This document shows, in pieces, positions 17,539-21,470 of a DNA stretch of 21,470 nucleotides (its first letter is position 1; the number at the start of each line of letters is the position of its first letter). Position numbers and translations under genes: made by a program. The DNA comes from Pseudobacteriovorax sp. (GTDB lineage: Bacteria; Bdellovibrionota_B; Oligoflexia; Oligoflexales; Oligoflexaceae): positions 1 through 21,470 of the forward strand of contig JBNKNM010000084.1 in assembly GCA_050293845.1 (NCBI GenBank). Reading direction: 5' to 3'. Under the pieces are notes generated by a model that saw only the letters and a list, made by a program, of their open reading frames with translations, ran no database searches and was not told the origin of the DNA.

Positions 17539-18213
17539 TTATTCCAGCCTGATAACAACCCTGCGATTTATAGCCCTTGCCCGCCTCAATCGCGCACCCT
17601 TCAAATTTACTGGGTTTATTTTTGGCCGAGTATCAGCGTAAGCCACAACTTTCAGACGAGATTTATCAACTCCCTTGCTTACAAAGCTTTTAAGCAAAGT
17701 AATACCACGAGCTGCGCTAAGATCCCAGTTAGACTTATAAACACGGTGCCCAATCAACGGAGTGTCATCTGTGTGACCCTCGATAGTAATATTGTATTTT
17801 TTAGCTGAGTGGCCAACAATATCAAGTATTTCCTTAGAAGTGCGTAACATTTTAGAGCTGGCTTTTGCAGAACCCGCTCTGAATAGTAAATTATCGCGAA
17901 ATTCAATCGCCAGCCCTTCAGCATCAAGCTTCACCTTAGCAGAATTTTGTAACTTTTTTTTCTTAATTTGCTGTTCAATTTTTTTGGCCAAGGTTTGGAG
18001 GTTTTCCTCTGTTTTTTTGTGATACTTTGGCTGTTTTACCATTCCATTGATAACGTTTTCAAATTGATGCTTGTTAGGCTTAGAAAAAGAAATGAGAAGC
18101 GCAAAAAAACACATCAAGATGAAGCTTAAATCGGCAAATGTCATCATCCATAGAGCTTCGCTCTTTTTGGTTTTTGCCTTAGCGATACCAGAGTCTTTAG
18201 CTTGGTGAGACAT
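17539..18213 (-). CDS. motB: MotB/PomB-family stator subunit with OmpA-like peptidoglycan-binding domain
   Basis: TM segment WMMTFADLSFILMCFFALL with the conserved Asp; IEGHTDD, NWDLSAARG, YADTRP, NRRVVI. Start ATG 18213, 4 nt after the motA stop. Confidence 0.88.
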   Translation of the reverse strand: MSHQAKDSGIAKAKTKKSEALWMMTFADLSFILMCFFALLISFSKPNKHQFENVINGMVKQPKYHKKTEENLQTLAKKIEQQIKKKKLQNSAKVKLDAEGLAIEFRDNLLFRAGSAKASSKMLRTSKEILDIVGHSAKKYNITIEGHTDDTPLIGHRVYKSNWDLSAARGITLLKSFVSKGVDKSRLKVVAYADTRPKINPVNLKGARLRRARAINRRVVIRLE

Positions 18214-18217
18214 TAGC

Positions 18218-18991
18218 TTATCTCGCTCTTTTTGTGGGTTTACCAGGCGCACTTTTATCTTGTGAATAAGTACTCATAATATCCCGCATATGAACACTTG
18301 ATTTTTTCCCTTTCAAACTCAGCACCCCTTCAAGAACCATCAAATCAATCTCAAGACTTTTTTCCGCCTCCAGCGAAATTTTTTCCGAACATGGGGCATA
18401 AACAACGGTACCTAGCAACAAACCATACAAGGTTGTGATCATAGCCAGAGCCATTCCTCCCCCTATTTGGGAAGGGTCTTTAAGGTTTATCATCATAGCG
18501 ATCAGCCCCAAGATGGTACCAATCATCCCCACCCCAGGGCTAACCTTAGACATATTTTCGAATAAGTTTGAGGCTAGGCTCATGCGCATCTGCTTCGAAT
18601 TGATTTTGTTTTGCAGGTTGTGGCGAATTTCATCTACAGAAAAGTCATTGAGAATTAGAGATAAACCATCTCGGAGCAGCTCATAGCGCACCTGATTGCG
18701 GACCTTCATGATTGATCCAATGCCCTCAGAACGCACTAATTGTGATGCTGAAGTCAGGACATTGATCACCTCTTTTTCCCGCTTATTTCCCCTAAAAAGC
18801 GCTTGCAAAAGCGTAGAAAACCCTACATAGAAATCTTTTAGGGTATGGGAGAGAAGCATGACGCTGGGCGGCATCATTCCCAAAAGGACCAGTGAGGGCT
18901 TATCTAGATACCCCTCGAAACCTCCTGATGGACTGGTAAATACGTAATATAAGCTGAATACGATACCGGCTATAGCAATTAAAGGTGACAT
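18218..18991 (-). CDS. motA: MotA/PomA-family stator subunit
   Basis: PGVGMIGTILGLI, DPSQIGGGMALAMITTLYG, RSEG cytoplasmic loop; adjacent to motB. Confidence 0.88.
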   Translation of the reverse strand: MSPLIAIAGIVFSLYYVFTSPSGGFEGYLDKPSLVLLGMMPPSVMLLSHTLKDFYVGFSTLLQALFRGNKREKEVINVLTSASQLVRSEGIGSIMKVRNQVRYELLRDGLSLILNDFSVDEIRHNLQNKINSKQMRMSLASNLFENMSKVSPGVGMIGTILGLIAMMINLKDPSQIGGGMALAMITTLYGLLLGTVVYAPCSEKISLEAEKSLEIDLMVLEGVLSLKGKKSSVHMRDIMSTYSQDKSAPGKPTKRAR

Positions 18992-19105
18992 ACTGACCCC
19001 ACCGAGACTGATTATTCCACAGTTATTTTCCTACATTCAAGTAGGCAAAATATCTCTACGATATAATTTTCAGTAAGTTACCCGCGTCATGCTTGAGCTA
19101 CCATT

Positions 19106-19173
19106 GTTCAAAGAAGGGCAGAGGAAGCAAGTGAGTTCAAAGAAGGGTAGAGGAATCAAGAGAGTTTAAAGAA
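19106..19173. repeat. 29-bp tandem direct repeat, about 2.3 copies
   Basis: GTTCAAAGAAGGGCAGAGGAAGCAAGTGA (19106-19134), GTTCAAAGAAGGGTAGAGGAATCAAGAGA (19135-19163; 26/29 identical), partial GTTTAAAGAA (19164-19173). Confidence 0.85.
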
Positions 19174-19200
19174 ATTATTGGAATTATTTCAACCCCTAGA

Positions 19201-19229
19201 TTGACCGAGCAATTTTAAGGTGCTACAAG
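19201..19229 (+). promoter_or_regulatory. Possible sigma70 promoter for the HTH/IrrE-like gene
   Basis: TTGACC-N17-TACAAG with an extended -10 TG. The -10 lacks the final T. Confidence 0.3.
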
Positions 19230-19356
19230 AGGTGAAAGGGAAGAACGATAATTTTAAAAATTGCACGGCAAGTCTGAGCTAAGGTGTTACTGCGATCATT
19301 GTATGCAAGTTGTATATAGCTCCAGTGGGTATACCGTAGGGAGGCATATTATATTC

Positions 19357-20271
19357 ATGAAAAAGGAAGCTCCGATTAAGTATCCAAATTCCGCCAACCT
19401 CTTCCAGTTTTGTAGGAAGGTACTGGACCATAAATTTGGTGGGATTAGGGTCATCGATCAAGATGTTGGACAGATACTGGGTTTTGATCCTGCCGACTGT
19501 AGTCATTGGAAAAAAGGGAAAAAGAATATTCGCTCGATCCAAGCTATGAAGTCCATCGCGACTCATCTCGGAGTCGATGAAAAGCTCGTTGTGGATGTTG
19601 TTACAGGAGAGATGACAGATTGGGAAGCATTCCATGAATATAGTGGCTATGGTGATTTTGCATTAGACCCCCACCTTTTTGATACTGCAAAAAAGGAATT
19701 CTATCGCAAGTTCGCCAACACCTGGACCCGCGAAAAAGAGCAGGAATTTAGGGGTTACTTTGCTGTCAACGAGGAAAAAATTGATAAAATTGTCAATAAA
19801 ATTCATGAAGCGATAGAATTTAAGGAAGCCCCTTTATATTTACCTGAAATTGTAGCCTGTTATCCTCAGTTGGTTCTAAAGCCTTTCGATGCCAGTGTAG
19901 AAGACACCCATGACGCGAAAGTGAAGGTAACGGAACTTGAAGACAGAACCATAATTGAATACCCTATGGATGTGAAAATGCGTCCGTTTATTCGCTTTAA
20001 AATTGCTAAAGCCATGGCAAAGCATTTCTTTAACGAAAACGCGCTGCATATTCCTGTAGAGCTTGGTACTCATCGTAACTTGATTGCTGAGATACATTAC
20101 AATTTATTTGCTGCCAAGCTGCTGACCCCAGCCAACTTACTGCGCAGTGAAATGACTGGTATTAATGTGTCAAAGGATATCATCAGTCAGCTCGCCGAGA
20201 CCTTTTGGGTCTCGAAAACCTTTATGAATAGACGCTTGAAGGATATTCTTCAAAACCCAGTGACCTTATAA
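19357..20271 (+). CDS. XRE-type HTH plus degenerate ImmA/IrrE (M78)-like domain protein
   Basis: HTH-like DQDVGQILGFDPADCSHWKKGKK; IrrE-like RFKIAKAMAKH, EIHYNLFAAKLLTP and LAETFWVS..RRL. Start ATG 19357 with GGGAGG upstream. Confidence 0.7.
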   Translation: MKKEAPIKYPNSANLFQFCRKVLDHKFGGIRVIDQDVGQILGFDPADCSHWKKGKKNIRSIQAMKSIATHLGVDEKLVVDVVTGEMTDWEAFHEYSGYGDFALDPHLFDTAKKEFYRKFANTWTREKEQEFRGYFAVNEEKIDKIVNKIHEAIEFKEAPLYLPEIVACYPQLVLKPFDASVEDTHDAKVKVTELEDRTIIEYPMDVKMRPFIRFKIAKAMAKHFFNENALHIPVELGTHRNLIAEIHYNLFAAKLLTPANLLRSEMTGINVSKDIISQLAETFWVSKTFMNRRLKDILQNPVTL

Positions 20272-20311
20272 CCAAAAAATGAAAGTTGCGCTTACTCGGC
20301 ATGTGACCTCA

Positions 20312-20369
20312 ACAAAAAAATCACCCTTATGACAGCTTCGTAGGAATTGAATTCAGGTGATTTTTTTGT
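20312..20369. terminator. Probable bidirectional terminator between convergent genes
   Basis: 14-bp inverted repeat ACAAAAAAATCACC / GGTGATTTTTTTGT with A7/T7 tracts. The 30-nt loop is longer than typical. Confidence 0.55.
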
Positions 20370-20458
20370 ATTATACCTTGCTGGCAAAGTTCCTGCTTTC
20401 GCGTCATTGGTATCAGTCATTGCCAATGCTTACAAAACCAAATGTAAAATAATGTTCG

Positions 20459-21259
20459 CTATTTTTCCATGGGATCACCATCAGGTAAGGAAATCCATTG
20501 CTCAGAGCTAATTTCTTTGATCTTTTTCTTTCTCCCAATATTGCGCACAACTCTGTCGTCTAGGACTTCTCGCTTGTTACACTTTTCAATTTTATAAATT
20601 TTCGAATAATAGGATATATACTTACCCTCTATACCGGCACAAGCCTCAGCAAGAGGAATCATGTCCACTTCATGCTCAATAATGGATTCCTGGTTGTAAA
20701 TAGAATCTAATATTGTCGGCATAGGCTTTCCTAATTGAAAGCTGGAGAACTCCTCACTTCTTAATTCCAGGATACTTCTATTGAGTTTATGTTTTTTTAC
20801 GTGTTCATCATAAGTCTCATAATCTGGGAAAACCCTTAATTTACAATCCTCCATCAGATACATTTCTCCCGTCGGAGAAATAATATACCTTTGTGATAGC
20901 TTTTTGCAGGAATAGCTAAGTTTATTAGCAAATATGGGCTCTCCTTGCCCTAACATGATGATCACATCATTCTCAACTGTTTGCACAGCGATCTTTTTTT
21001 TCCCAAGAGCGTCCAAACTTTCCCCATCGAGTTCGCGACGCAAGCAGTTTTCTACTTTAAAGACCTTCCCATAATAGCTGATATACCGACCCTCATAGCG
21101 TCGACAGGTTTTTTTAGCTTCACCAGCAGAAAAACTAAGCTGTTTAGGCGCCTTCCATCCTGCCTCCCCTCCCTTGGCCTGGTTTGCTTTTAAGGTATCT
21201 TGGGCCCAGGATGCATGTGAGTGACAAAGATATAAAATTATTCCAATAATTTTAAACAC
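20459..21259 (-). CDS. Secreted hypothetical protein with three ~60-aa Cys-pair repeats
   Basis: GTG start with AGGGGA SD; signal peptide ending ASWA; three internal repeats, each C..G/Q-R/K-YI..Y/F..E-x-C..R..G-x-P-M/I. Confidence 0.75.
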   Translation of the reverse strand: MFKIIGIILYLCHSHASWAQDTLKANQAKGGEAGWKAPKQLSFSAGEAKKTCRRYEGRYISYYGKVFKVENCLRRELDGESLDALGKKKIAVQTVENDVIIMLGQGEPIFANKLSYSCKKLSQRYIISPTGEMYLMEDCKLRVFPDYETYDEHVKKHKLNRSILELRSEEFSSFQLGKPMPTILDSIYNQESIIEHEVDMIPLAEACAGIEGKYISYYSKIYKIEKCNKREVLDDRVVRNIGRKKKIKEISSEQWISLPDGDPMEK

Positions 21260-21470
21260 TTAATTTCCCCTACTGGCGATTTATTTGCGTCTCGGATAAA
21301 AGCCTACATGAAGATATATGACGGTTTGTTAAATCCTTTGTCAAAGTCATAAACAACCGTCACATCTTGGTCAAAAACTCAAGGGAGCCAGTACCCTAAG
21401 CAGCTGTTTTTATAATTTAATTAAATGTCATGGGATTTGCAAATAACAGATCAGCTGATTTTGAGTTGTG

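Noticed and set aside
17539..18991. Zorya (ZorAB) anti-phage system
   Set aside because: The A subunit has no long cytoplasmic tail, no zorC/D/E neighbours are present, and the sequences resemble PomA/PomB.
19106..19173. CRISPR mini-array
   Set aside because: The repeats are directly adjacent with no spacers, and no cas genes are present.
21260..21470. Possible gene start or end at the right edge
   Set aside because: Several short open frames exist on both strands, and none can be singled out without flanking sequence.

Overview
Gene-dense, moderately AT-rich bacterial chromosomal window with no rRNA, tRNA, CRISPR array or mobile element that I can support. The gene content (TIGR02147-family regulator, extended PilT, Cys-rich secreted proteins) suggests Bdellovibrionota/Oligoflexia, which is an inference only. 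In order: the truncated 5' end of a probable M48 peptidase; a YjgN/DUF898 membrane protein; a secreted metzincin-like protease with a Cys-rich tail; a lipoprotein; a divergent TIGR02147-family gene coupled to a GTxVGNP lipoprotein; a class I/II aminotransferase; a PilT-family ATPase with a long N-terminal extension; a minus-strand run clpS-clpA / trpS - DUF455(diiron)::ATP-grasp fusion - M17 aminopeptidase; a MotA/MotB (PomAB-like) pair; an XRE-HTH plus degenerate IrrE/ImmA protein; and a secreted three-repeat protein. Best leads: (1) the tightly coupled trpS / diiron-ATP-grasp fusion / atypical M17 peptidase operon next to clpSA; (2) sigma28-like promoters in front of non-flagellar secreted and pilus genes; (3) the IrrE-like regulator lacking HExxH, with a 29-bp tandem repeat upstream; (4) a Na+-type stator lacking the conserved rotor-contact Glu. 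All family calls come from motif recognition by eye; no database search was run.
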